Shown here: piece after piece, positions 55,238-64,000 of the stretch
How positions within the stretch are numbered: position 1 is the stretch's first letter
How the letters are laid out: the number at the start of each line of letters is the position of its first letter
Source: Nitrososphaerales archaeon
Lineage (GTDB): Archaea; Thermoproteota; Nitrososphaeria; Nitrososphaerales; UBA213
Assembly: GCA_965197925.1 (NCBI GenBank)
Contig: CBDAOC010000019.1
Coordinates: forward strand, 64,001 to 128,000
DNA: 64,000 nt
Direction: 5' to 3'
Position numbers and translations under genes: made by a program
The notes under the pieces: model-generated
What the model saw: the letters and a program-made list of their open reading frames with translations, nothing else
Told to the model about the DNA's origin: nothing
Databases searched by the model: none

Positions 55238-55251
55238 ATATATTAAAGAAA
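55238..55251 (-). promoter_or_regulatory. Element motif B
   Basis: Reverse complement of TTTCTTTAATATAT, upstream of a decayed ORF (about 54998-55215). Confidence 0.6.
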
Positions 55252-55370
55252 AAAGGAAGACTCATTTTCATAATCCAAGTGCCTCATAAATAGCGTCATC
55301 CTGTTTCTTCGTCTTGCGCTTGGAGGTCTGCTTTTCCTTGTATTTTTTTATGATGCTGCTTATCCAATCC

Positions 55371-56285
55371 CTAAAGAAGAATACCAAATCGTTCACTCAA
55401 CTTGTTAGTGTATCCATCCGACCCCACAATAATACCGTCCAAAATCTGTCTGACTACGACCTGTTGGAATGTGTTGAGCGATGCAAAGTGTTTGGCGATG
55501 TTCATGATGTTCATCCCGTATGTTATCCGTAACCAGAACCGTTTATGCAATGATTCATTGCCTGCAACATCCTTTGTCTTTATCTCTAGTAGGTAGTATC
55601 CTTGTTTGTCGATTGAAGTTATTAATTTGTGAGGGATACCATGTGGAACCAGGTGCCACTTCTTGTCAATTGTGGGGATGCGGTATAATGTTTCATTTAT
55701 ACCGGATATGCGATCCGATGCTAACAGTTCAAAAGTTATAAGTTCATCCGTCATCGCATCGATGATCACGCACTGCCTATTGGACCTGAGATCTTCAGGC
55801 GTGCAGTTGCTGCCTATCGGAATATTTGGATTTGTTTCCGTGTGGATGCGCATGATTGACAACTCTGGTCTCACGGCATCCACGTAGATCTTCACCTGGT
55901 GTGGTTCCTCGAGTTTGCCTGTCTTATCCTTTGCAAAATAGTTGAATTTTATCATGCCTTTCTGGAAGCCGGTCTGCTTGTATGCCGTGATGTTCTGCCC
56001 TGACTTGAGATAGCATTCACCCTGTCTGCAATCCCCTTCCCCGTAATAAAATGGCGCACCCTGGATAATGATATGCTCAACACCTGCAACGTCATCCGTT
56101 GCCATGAATTTAATCACCGGTGCCTTGTCGTAGTACCATCCCGTTACGTTGTTGTACATGCCATCAATCGTGATATTGGTCCTGGGTGGATGAAAGTCCG
56201 TTGCCCCCTCTACACCTACAATACCTATGATAAAAAATACCGCAGTCGTCAGTAGGGATAATTTAACTGCTTTACAATAAGTCAA
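55371..56285 (-). CDS. Secreted Ig-like/OmpL47-type beta-domain protein
   Basis: Signal peptide, D..PP.T.I, ATDDVAGV, ASDRISGI, DVAGN. Confidence 0.65.
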   Translation of the reverse strand: MTYCKAVKLSLLTTAVFFIIGIVGVEGATDFHPPRTNITIDGMYNNVTGWYYDKAPVIKFMATDDVAGVEHIIIQGAPFYYGEGDCRQGECYLKSGQNITAYKQTGFQKGMIKFNYFAKDKTGKLEEPHQVKIYVDAVRPELSIMRIHTETNPNIPIGSNCTPEDLRSNRQCVIIDAMTDELITFELLASDRISGINETLYRIPTIDKKWHLVPHGIPHKLITSIDKQGYYLLEIKTKDVAGNESLHKRFWLRITYGMNIMNIAKHFASLNTFQQVVVRQILDGIIVGSDGYTNKLSERFGILL

Positions 56286-56296
56286 TTTTGTTGGAA

Positions 56297-57037
56297 TTAG
56301 GCATTTGTCTCTGTTTGTTTATAGTCGGGATATTCCTGTATCTTTCTGCCGTTCAACAATTCACCGCCTGCCCCGTCGCCACCGACCCCTCCAAGTTGCT
56401 TGAACCACACCCTGACGTTCTGCTCCCTGCATTGCCTGATTATGGCCTCTGCCCACTCCGCCTGCATTGGTCTTGGCTGCTGGCCATCCCTATTGACTTC
56501 TTCCAGGCTCTTTGACTCCCCGCCAATTATTACCCATTCAATGTCCGAGAGATCCAGTTCCCCCATATCTTCAATCAATGGCTCGAATGAAACAAAATGA
56601 ATGTTGCATCTAACCTGCCTGAGAAGGTCTATCCTATGTTTTGCATTTTTGATGCCGCAACTCACGCCCAGCCAGACACGATCAGGACAGACCCTCTCCT
56701 TGAAATATACTGGTAGGCGTTCCGCCCTTTTCGTGAGCAGTAGGAATTGCTTGTCATATGCCTTGAATATCCTGTACATCCAGTTATCGATTATCTGATC
56801 TGGAATCTTCTCGTGCAGCCAGTCACTGAATGAGTTCACGAAGATGATCTCGTCATACATCTTCACCTTCTTTATTGCATTCACCATGTCCAGTATCCTG
56901 ACCTCGGTTGGATCTTTGCCAAATTTGGGCATCAATCTGTAGATATAGCAATTCCTGCATTCCTCTGATACCTTCGTGCAGCCCATTGCCAGGTTAAGTG
57001 TTGAATGCGCCCAGGATATACTTGTGTGCTTGCCCAA
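56297..57037 (-). CDS. DUF5131 (phage Gp37/Gp68, radical-SAM-like) protein
   Basis: TSISWA..T.N...GCTKVSEECRNCY, IFVNSFSD, LLTKR..R, VWLGVS, SFEPL, WVIIGGES, FKQ.GG. Confidence 0.9.
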   Translation of the reverse strand: MGKHTSISWAHSTLNLAMGCTKVSEECRNCYIYRLMPKFGKDPTEVRILDMVNAIKKVKMYDEIIFVNSFSDWLHEKIPDQIIDNWMYRIFKAYDKQFLLLTKRAERLPVYFKERVCPDRVWLGVSCGIKNAKHRIDLLRQVRCNIHFVSFEPLIEDMGELDLSDIEWVIIGGESKSLEEVNRDGQQPRPMQAEWAEAIIRQCREQNVRVWFKQLGGVGGDGAGGELLNGRKIQEYPDYKQTETNA

Positions 57038-57042
57038 TTATC

Positions 57043-57696
57043 TCATGTCCCACATGATCTTTGCTCGACCCTTTGACACCTGGCAAAATATTCATCGTTC
57101 TTTTCAATCCCTATGTATCGCCTGTTCAGGCTTGTGCATACACGTATAATGTTGCCTGATGCCCCCATGAAGGGATCAATCACCAGTTCATCCTCCTTGG
57201 TCGAGTTCTTTATTGCCATACTATAAAGTTGCCTTGGTTTTTCTGCGGGCTGTCCACCCCGTATTGCTGTGTAGCGCAACAGGTTTGTGTATTTTTTGTT
57301 CAGTTTACGTTCACCCTTTTCAAAAAACAGTATGTATTCACACTGGTTGACCCAGTGATAACCGAGTGTTCTAACATTTTTATCCCAAACTATCAGTTGC
57401 CTGCACTCAAACCCCGTCTTTTCGATTTGTGTTTTCATCGTTGGGAGGCTTGTAAAGTCGGTCATGAAATAGGCATGCGTGTTGTCATCAAGTATCCTGT
57501 ATAGTTCAGTGGCAATCGGTAGGATGTCGTCGTATGATATCACGTCAAACCATTTCTTCAGTCGTGTGGTCGTGCCAACGGACCTGTGGGTTTCCATGCT
57601 GGGATATGGCATATCCGTCCAGACCATCTGTGCGGTCCTGTCAGGTATTCCCTTCAATAGTTCCCTGCTGTCACCATGTATTATTTTATTATCCAT
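57043..57696 (-). CDS. N4-C/N6-A DNA methyltransferase (beta class)
   Basis: IIHGDS, TDMPY (motif IV variant), IVWDK, PAEKP, VIDPFMG, R.YIGIE. Confidence 0.85.
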   Translation of the reverse strand: MDNKIIHGDSRELLKGIPDRTAQMVWTDMPYPSMETHRSVGTTTRLKKWFDVISYDDILPIATELYRILDDNTHAYFMTDFTSLPTMKTQIEKTGFECRQLIVWDKNVRTLGYHWVNQCEYILFFEKGERKLNKKYTNLLRYTAIRGGQPAEKPRQLYSMAIKNSTKEDELVIDPFMGASGNIIRVCTSLNRRYIGIEKNDEYFARCQRVEQRSCGT

Positions 57697-57711
57697 CCTA
57701 GCATCAATGTC

Positions 57712-57999
57712 TTATGATTGTGCCTTGCCCATACCTTGCGATTGTAGATCTTTCAGACTTTTATTATAGTCACATCTTACAATTGCGCTGTGAAGTCGTG
57801 CGATGATATCCTCATTCACTCGTTGCAATTCTATATGATATGCCAGGGCTGTTTCCAATGACCCGACATTATGACACTTTTCTGCGGTCTCCAAAAGATA
57901 GTGTAACACGGTATAGTTGGCAAAGTTGCTTGACATGCGTTCCCGTTTCGACTGTAGTTTCTGGATATCTTTGTCACTGAATGTTTCAATTCGACGCAT
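57712..57999 (-). CDS. Hypothetical viral protein
   Basis: 95 aa within the co-oriented array. Confidence 0.5.
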   Translation of the reverse strand: MRRIETFSDKDIQKLQSKRERMSSNFANYTVLHYLLETAEKCHNVGSLETALAYHIELQRVNEDIIARLHSAIVRCDYNKSLKDLQSQGMGKAQS

Positions 58000-58011
58000 T
58001 TTCTATCAACA

Positions 58012-58206
58012 TTATATTGTGAGTTTAAACGTGAATGATTTGATAGTTAACTGACCGTTATGGCAACCGCATTCGCATTCTCTCCACAAATATTTTGTAC
58101 GCCCGTAGATCTCATATGGCTGCCTTCTGCCGCCGCTACATTTGTCGTGCTTTTCCATATTGCAGGAAATACTTCTTTTGGCGATTATGTTTTTGATGTT
58201 GTTCAA
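58012..58206 (-). CDS. Small Cys/His zinc-binding viral protein
   Basis: C....H..C...CECGCH; overlaps the upstream stop codon. Confidence 0.55.
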   Translation of the reverse strand: MNNIKNIIAKRSISCNMEKHDKCSGGRRQPYEIYGRTKYLWRECECGCHNGQLTIKSFTFKLTI

Positions 58207-58382
58207 TGTGCATCTATCACGACCACTCTGGTTGCACCTGGTGGCCTATGGGTCTCACAATAGAAACGATGGTCCTCTGTCCATGCGTGTCGTGCGCTTA
58301 TCTGTGACAAGGTTATATCGTTTGTCTCCTTTATACAGCCAACACATCCAATCATTTTATTGGCCAGGTATTTTTGTGGCAT
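58203..58382 (-). CDS. 59-aa zinc-finger microprotein (not in ORF track)
   Basis: MPQKYLANKMIGCVGC...FYCETH..; coupled by a TAATG overlap. Confidence 0.6.
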   Translation of the reverse strand: MPQKYLANKMIGCVGCIKETNDITLSQISARHAWTEDHRFYCETHRPPGATRVVVIDAH

Positions 58383-58642
58383 TATTTATTTCCTTTTTTT
58401 ATCCTCGGTATGATGTGGTCCTGACCTTTCACCAGTATGATTGATTTTCCTTTGCGTGACTTTAGCATCCTGCAATATTGGTTCGGGTATTTCTTCTTGT
58501 GTTTGTACTTGATTCTAAATTTCTTCCTATGTGGGTTCCCTATGGGGTCGCCCTCTTTCGTTGTATACCCCGCAAATGTTGTTGTGACTGCTTTCATCAC
58601 TTCAACTGCCTTGTTCTCATTGATTCTACGCTTCAATGACAT
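58382..58642 (-). CDS. Small basic viral protein
   Basis: 86 aa, Lys/Arg-rich. Confidence 0.55.
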   Translation of the reverse strand: MSLKRRINENKAVEVMKAVTTTFAGYTTKEGDPIGNPHRKKFRIKYKHKKKYPNQYCRMLKSRKGKSIILVKGQDHIIPRIKKGNK

Positions 58643-59088
58643 ATTTTCACCGACCTTGGTTGTCTACCTGTAGCTCTTAATTCATCCAAGTATTCATTTA
58701 GGATATAGGAATAAATTTGTGTTGTTGGTAGATGTCGTATTACTAGATAATCATGTAGTACGTCGGATGATATGTAGTTGTGTTGCAACGCACATTTGAT
58801 ACAATAGTGTTTAGTAATGGAGCCTCTGGAATTATTCCTGCTGACAAAGAGGTCTGCATCATACTTGTCCTTCGGAAATAATTTCCTTTTGCATTCCAGG
58901 CAAGTTAGATATTCCTTTGGTTCGGTGTTCAATGGATTTTTACATTCACGGCATCTCGATGCATCCTTGCCGTGAAGCAACTTGCAGTCGAAGCAGTAAT
59001 TGTGTTGTTGAAAACGTACATGGTCGTTGTAGGGCGTCAGTACGCATCCAGTGACCTTGCCTATGTACTTGTGTGATGATGTCCTCAT
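58633..59088 (-). CDS. Multi-CxxC zinc-finger viral protein
   Basis: CFDC, CREC, CLEC, CIKC. Confidence 0.65.
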   Translation of the reverse strand: MRTSSHKYIGKVTGCVLTPYNDHVRFQQHNYCFDCKLLHGKDASRCRECKNPLNTEPKEYLTCLECKRKLFPKDKYDADLFVSRNNSRGSITKHYCIKCALQHNYISSDVLHDYLVIRHLPTTQIYSYILNEYLDELRATGRQPRSVKICH

Positions 59089-59248
59089 GTCCGTTCACCA
59101 ATTCCTGTTCCTGTTTCTGCCATTCCAACCTTCCAGTGTCCGAGCCTGCATGTACATGCGTTGGAACTGGTTAACGCATCGCCATCCCACCCAATCCATC
59201 CAAGAATTGAGAAAAGTAATGCGTTAACCATAACGGGAAAAATAGGGG

Positions 59249-59374
59249 TCATTGTATATCCTCCACTTCTCTCATGAATTTGTGAAGGGATTTATGGTGT
59301 CGTTTCAGTTCCTCTTTTGTCTTGTGTCTTCTTTTGCAGCAGCAGCATTTGAATGATTTGTTGTCCACCGTCAT
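59249..59374 (-). CDS. 41-aa C2H2 zinc-finger microprotein (not in ORF track)
   Basis: MTVDNKSFKCCCCKRRHKTKEELKRHHKSLHKF..; coupled by a TAATG overlap. Confidence 0.6.
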   Translation of the reverse strand: MTVDNKSFKCCCCKRRHKTKEELKRHHKSLHKFMREVEDIQ

Positions 59375-59631
59375 TATTTGGTCGCCCCCTGCCAGACTCT
59401 AAGGCTGGCCGCCTGGTATGTCTTGTGGACATCCTTCAAATGCTGCTGCAGTTCGTCGGGATTTTCAGTGAAGAAGCGCCTGGGCGTGTCAAAACAAAAT
59501 GTGCATAGGAACCATGCGCTTTTCTCGTCATATGTCCAATTGAGGTCAACAGTCCGCAATCGTGCTTGGTTTGATGGTCTTTCCATAGTTCGCTTGACCC
59601 ATTCTTTTGCTGTGTCGGGTGACATCTCCAA
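59374..59631 (-). CDS. C2H2 zinc-finger viral protein
   Basis: FLCTFC....F......LQQHLKDVH. Confidence 0.6.
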   Translation of the reverse strand: MEMSPDTAKEWVKRTMERPSNQARLRTVDLNWTYDEKSAWFLCTFCFDTPRRFFTENPDELQQHLKDVHKTYQAASLRVWQGATK

Positions 59632-59691
59632 CTGTCCCTGTGCTGAATTTGTTTTTAATATCGGGCATATCTTGCAAAAGTCCTTTGGGTA

Positions 59692-60370
59692 GAGTTCAAA
59701 CTAGTGTTGCCATCAGAGAAACCAGCAAGAACAGTTGGAAGACCAGCTGTACCATTTAGAAAAGTGTTGAATGGAATACTGTACGTATTAAGAACTGGAT
59801 ATCAGTGGAAGAAGGTATCGAAAGAATTTGGTTCTGGTTCAACTTGCCATGCAAGATTTCAGGAATGGATTGGGATAGGAGTACTCAAGAAGGTATGGAA
59901 GAGGCTGCTGGAAATATATGATGAATTAAAGAGTATAGGATGGGACTGGCAATCTATGGATAGCGTACCGAAGGCCCCATTAGGGGGAAAACGGCCGGAG
60001 CAAACCCAACGGATAGAGGCAAGCTAGGTACCAAACGTCACATGCTTGTTGATAGAAGAGGAGTACCTCTCTCATCTGTAATTACTGGAGCAAATAAACA
60101 CGATATGAAATCAGCCTTTCCTACAATAGATAGCATTGTTGTTGATAGGCCCAAAGTTAAACAGAACATATGCATGAATAGGATACGATTTCCCTGAGAT
60201 AGAGTATGGAGTTAGGAAGGGGATATGTAGATCACATTCGTCATAAAGGTGAAGTGTTGAAAAAGAATTTATACAAAGCAAAGAGATGGGTTGTAGAAAG
60301 AACCGCATCTTGGCATAACAGGTTCAGAAAGTTATTGGTAAGGTTCGAGAAGAGAGAGGAAAATTATCAG
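59692..60370 (+). mobile_element. IS5-family transposase remnant lacking its 5' end
   Basis: GRP.VPFRKVLNGILYVLRTG.QW, GGGGGAAAA slippery site, RWVVERT.SW.NRFRKLLVRFEK; several frameshifts. Confidence 0.88.
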
Positions 60371-60661
60371 GCGCTACTATTACCAACCCGACATTTGTTG
60401 CTCCAACTACTAGGAAGGATTTAGGTTTCTCACTGGTAGTTAACGACGGTGTATTTAATAGCATACCAGATAGTGTACAAGTGACACCCGTGACGTTAGC
60501 CTCTCAACATATTTCTTCTAACCGCCAAAGGTTTAGTAAATGGGAATAGAACTAATCTTTGAAGACTAAAGGGAAGGCGATGTCTTTAATGGCTTTGTAA
60601 AGATATCTTTAATGATATTGTTAAATCACTGTTTTATTGCATGGATTAAAGACATAGTATT

Positions 60662-60765
60662 GCGGTTCCAATTTTGTAAGAAGATTCTTGACAAACAAGT
60701 CAGAAGGGCAGATACTTGTAAGTTGTGAAGCTCACAATTAAGGGAGATACAAAACCACATTTTTT
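60662..60765 (+). repeat. Degenerate ~105-bp direct repeat (copy 1)
   Basis: gcggttccaatt.tgtaaga...tgacaaacaagtcagaa.ggc.gatactt shared with 62129-62232. Confidence 0.75.
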
Positions 60766-61043
60766 ATTTGAAATAGTTATGAACTCTGCCTTAGGTTTAT
60801 GTCTACCTATTTAATCACACAAAGGAAAAAGGCTTTCTGCTTAATGTGTAATATGTTACTAATGCATGGTAACGTTAGGTTTGGATTGTTTTTGGATTGT
60901 TAATAGTTTAGTTATTTTCTTGAATTAATAGTAATCTAGGGCTACGTCTGCGGTAAGCGTGGAGGAAGAATAATACTATACAACAGCGTTTAATCCTTTA
61001 TTTTTTATTTTATATACGTCAATAATCCATGTTTTCTTGAAGG

Positions 61044-61976
61044 TTAAAGCTTTCCTTTAATTTCAGCATGTGCTTCCTCTATCATTTCTAATTCGTATTT
61101 TTCAAGCCTCCATCCGGAAGCACCTGCGTTATCCTCAACCTGTCTTAGATTCTTTGCCCCAGGAATCGGTACTACTAGTGGATCTTTGATGAGCCAGTTT
61201 AAAGCAACCTGTGGAACAGTAAAATTTCTTCTTTTCGCAATTTCTGTTAATGACTTGATTAGATTTGATATTGCTTCCATGTAACGAGATGAGAAAATCT
61301 TATCAGATGTTCTGAATCCTATTGTTGGTTTGTTATGCTCATTATACTTCCCCGTTAGTGCTCCCTTGGCAAGTGGACTGTACGCTATTACTGATATACC
61401 TTCTTTCCTTGCATATGGAAGCAAGTCGCCCTCTATTTCCTTTTGAAGTAAGTTGTATCCGACCTGGTTTGATACTATGTCATGTGATGACAATGCTTCT
61501 TGTGCTTCCCTGAGATCGTTTACGTTAAAGTTACTTACGCCTATGTATCTAACCTTGCCTTCGCTAACTAATTTTTCCATAGCTTTCATTGTTTCCCTGA
61601 TTGGTATCGAAGGATTAGGCGAGTGTATCTGGTAAAGGTCAATATAGTCTATGTCTAGCCTAGTCAGGCTTCCTCCTGCAGCAGCAAGCACATCATCATA
61701 TGAAAGATTAGATGAGGAAACCTTTGTTGCAATTAGAAGCTCTTCACGATTTTCTTTAATGACTTCTCCAATTATTTTCTCTGATAAACCATCCCCATAC
61801 GATTCAGCTGTATCAATGAAATTTATTCCGAGCTCAAGAGCTTTGTTTATCGTTTCCACTGCCTGTTCCTTTTCAAAATCGATTGACCATCCCCATCCAG
61901 TGCTACCTATCTGCCAAGCGCCTAATCCTATAACAGAAACTCTTAGATCCGATTTACCTAACCTAACATATTCCAT
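61044..61976 (-). CDS. Aldo/keto reductase
   Basis: LGKSDLRVS.IGLG.W, IDTAESYG, IDLYQIH, IGVSNF, AYSPL, PIPG. Confidence 0.93.
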   Translation of the reverse strand: MEYVRLGKSDLRVSVIGLGAWQIGSTGWGWSIDFEKEQAVETINKALELGINFIDTAESYGDGLSEKIIGEVIKENREELLIATKVSSSNLSYDDVLAAAGGSLTRLDIDYIDLYQIHSPNPSIPIRETMKAMEKLVSEGKVRYIGVSNFNVNDLREAQEALSSHDIVSNQVGYNLLQKEIEGDLLPYARKEGISVIAYSPLAKGALTGKYNEHNKPTIGFRTSDKIFSSRYMEAISNLIKSLTEIAKRRNFTVPQVALNWLIKDPLVVPIPGAKNLRQVEDNAGASGWRLEKYELEMIEEAHAEIKGKL

Positions 61977-62128
61977 GACTCATCAAAGAAGCTAAAAGTA
62001 ATGGTATAAGTTATTTTTACTTTTAGCCTAAATAGGCAAACAGTACGAGGATTACAGTTCAGATACCTATTGAATCACGGCTAGAGCAAGAGTCACTATT
62101 GGGTCTTTAAGATTTTGTTGCTTCTAGA

Positions 62129-62232
62129 GCGGTTCCAATTATGTAAGATTATTCATGACAAACAAGTCAGAACGGCGAGATACTTTTAGATTGTAAAGCT
62201 TCAATTAAATGGAATATAAAACCAACTTTTTT
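62129..62232 (+). repeat. Degenerate ~105-bp direct repeat (copy 2)
   Basis: Homologous to 60662-60765. Confidence 0.75.
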
Positions 62233-63342
62233 TGTTCATAATTTAGACATGGTAATACAAATAAATCTACATTTTTATAATTTTGATACCAGTTAATGAT
62301 ACTATATTGTAGCATCAACTTGAATAATAGTCAATCCCGAGATTATTGATGTGGTCAATGTTCATCTACGAGAAGGTGAAGATACCATGTTGTTCAAGTA
62401 GAAAGATCGATAGATACAACTAAGATACGAGCAGAATTAACAAGAATGCCTAATCCTAAAGAAATTGACGATATTATCGAAGGCGATGTACTCTAAATCC
62501 TTCGTAATTAGGTGTTAATTAGTCAAAATTACATAGTTTATACATCATAATGGGATATGCCTTCCAGTGGAGCTCCATATTATCTGTATGATTCTATGTT
62601 CTCACAAGTGGAAGTACTTCACATAGGAGTACAGGTTATTACAAGTCTTCTACAAATCCCATGGCAAGCTCCTCTTGATCCTACAACACAAATAACCAAA
62701 GTAATGATGGTTTATGTTTTTTCATTATAAGTGTGATATTCGGATCTGAATTAACATCCTTCCTTAATTCCACCGTGAATTAAGAGGGTGTAGGTTTTTA
62801 AGAAAAGAATGAGGGAGAACTTGATAAATAACTCATGGTTATTGTAGATTTTGGGCTAAGATTGTAAAAGAAATGAGATGTAACACAATTTAAATTCGTA
62901 ATGAAATAGTAATCTCCTTTGCCCTAGTTCCAAGGCAATGACGTCCACTTTTATCCCAGTTGTTCGTCAAATAAGAAGATAATACTGTAATAAAATAATA
63001 AGGCTAAACTCATTGACTAGTAATTTATCTTCAAGAATTGATTCTATGCTTCAACAATATACAACTCCTGACAATGGAATCCTAAATTAGTCTTTGTCAA
63101 AATGCTTATTATGTGCTGGCATTAGCTCTTGTCATATAGGAAATTAATTTATCTTATAAGTATACTTGCATTCATACGGGTTTTTGATTAAACTCAAAAC
63201 TACCTCAACATGAAGGAGCTCCCCAAGAAATAATTTAGTTTAGAAAATTTAAAAAGAAAAAATAAATTACTTACAAATTTTTGGCTTCTGTTAATTCACT
63301 AATCTTTCCATAGTATAGGACCCTAATAATCACATTTAGTAC

Positions 63343-63399
63343 TTATTTTTTCTTCTTCTTTTTTTCACTCTTGCTCTTAGATTTTTTCTTACTGGGCAT
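63343..63399 (-). CDS. Putative 18-aa poly-lysine peptide
   Basis: MPSKKKSKSKSEKKKKKK; TATAAAA about 29 nt upstream. Confidence 0.35.
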   Translation of the reverse strand: MPSKKKSKSKSEKKKKKK

Positions 63400-63536
63400 T
63401 AAGATTAAACCAGTTCAAAAGTTTTATATCACCTGTAGTTAGACATAATAGACTAATACAGTGAATTCATTTATAGCCATCAGAAAGTAGGGGAGTAACA
63501 ATTCACTGAGAAATAAATCAGTCACTCAACAACTTG

Positions 63537-64000
63537 TTATATAACCCTCACATGAGCAATTTCTTTAAGCTTCATTGCAGCAACTTCAGCTGCCTTTTTG
63601 CCAGAGTATAACATTGCACCAAAAGTAGGCCCCATTCTAGGAAGACCAAATGTCTCGGTTACAGCCATTCCAGCAGCTATAAGCCCAGGAAATACTTCAC
63701 CAGTTTGATCCACCAATAAATCCTCCGCACTTTCTACGCACATTGGGTTCATACCAGCAAATTTTACAAGACCACGGTCTGTCAGTCTCCTCACCGCAAC
63801 TGAATCATGTCCCGATGCATCTATTACAATTTTTGATTCCAGTGCCACTGGATCAACACATGTTATGTTTCTTGGAAGTGCTGATACGGGCATCCAATTC
63901 ACAACCACTCCTGAAACCTTATTGTCTTTTAAAACTAAATCATCGAATTTTGTAAGGTTCAGGAATTTTACGCCCGCATCACACGCGGCAGCTATCAACT
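63537..64000 (-). CDS. thi4: Thi4-family thiazole synthase (5' partial, runs off the window)
   Basis: GVVVNW, CVDP, IDASGHD, PGL..AGM, PRMGPTFGAM..SG. Confidence 0.92.
   Translation of the reverse strand, partial: LIAAACDAGVKFLNLTKFDDLVLKDNKVSGVVVNWMPVSALPRNITCVDPVALESKIVIDASGHDSVAVRRLTDRGLVKFAGMNPMCVESAEDLLVDQTGEVFPGLIAAGMAVTETFGLPRMGPTFGAMLYSGKKAAEVAAMKLKEIAHVRVI

Larger units (their letters stand above)
54500..59690 (-). mobile_element. Virus-like segment 2 (capsid-like gene, DNA modification genes, zinc-finger array)
   Basis: Translationally coupled small ORFs, MTase, DUF5131, same motifs A/B as segment 1; abuts an IS5 remnant. Confidence 0.75.

Overview
Archaeal genomic window, most consistent with Nitrososphaerota (Thaumarchaeota); this assignment is inferred from the gene set and S-layer-like proteins. 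The host backbone carries hemB-hemA-sirC, glmS, rps4/rps13, a ChlI-like AAA+/vWA pair, an isocitrate/isopropylmalate dehydrogenase, ileS, a cluster of large surface proteins, an aldo/keto reductase and thi4, mixed with many decayed IS elements. The main finding is two virus-like segments, about 8.4-23.3 kb (mostly + strand) and about 54.5-59.7 kb (- strand). They resemble a fragmented endogenous spindle-shaped virus: two-helix capsid-like proteins, a ~1645-aa frameshifted adhesin with a C-terminal membrane anchor, a P-loop ATPase, a GT-C-like membrane protein, a DNA methyltransferase next to a DUF5131 protein, and an array of tiny zinc fingers. The two segments share two upstream motifs (TTCTTTAATATAT and AACGTCATA) at near-constant spacing before start codons, plus a 91-nt homologous block. 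The left segment starts with an iterated, palindromic origin- or terminus-like structure, and both segments break off at IS remnants. No integrase, DNA polymerase, tRNA, rRNA or CRISPR array was recognised. All calls are by eye from the sequence and motif knowledge; no database searches were run.
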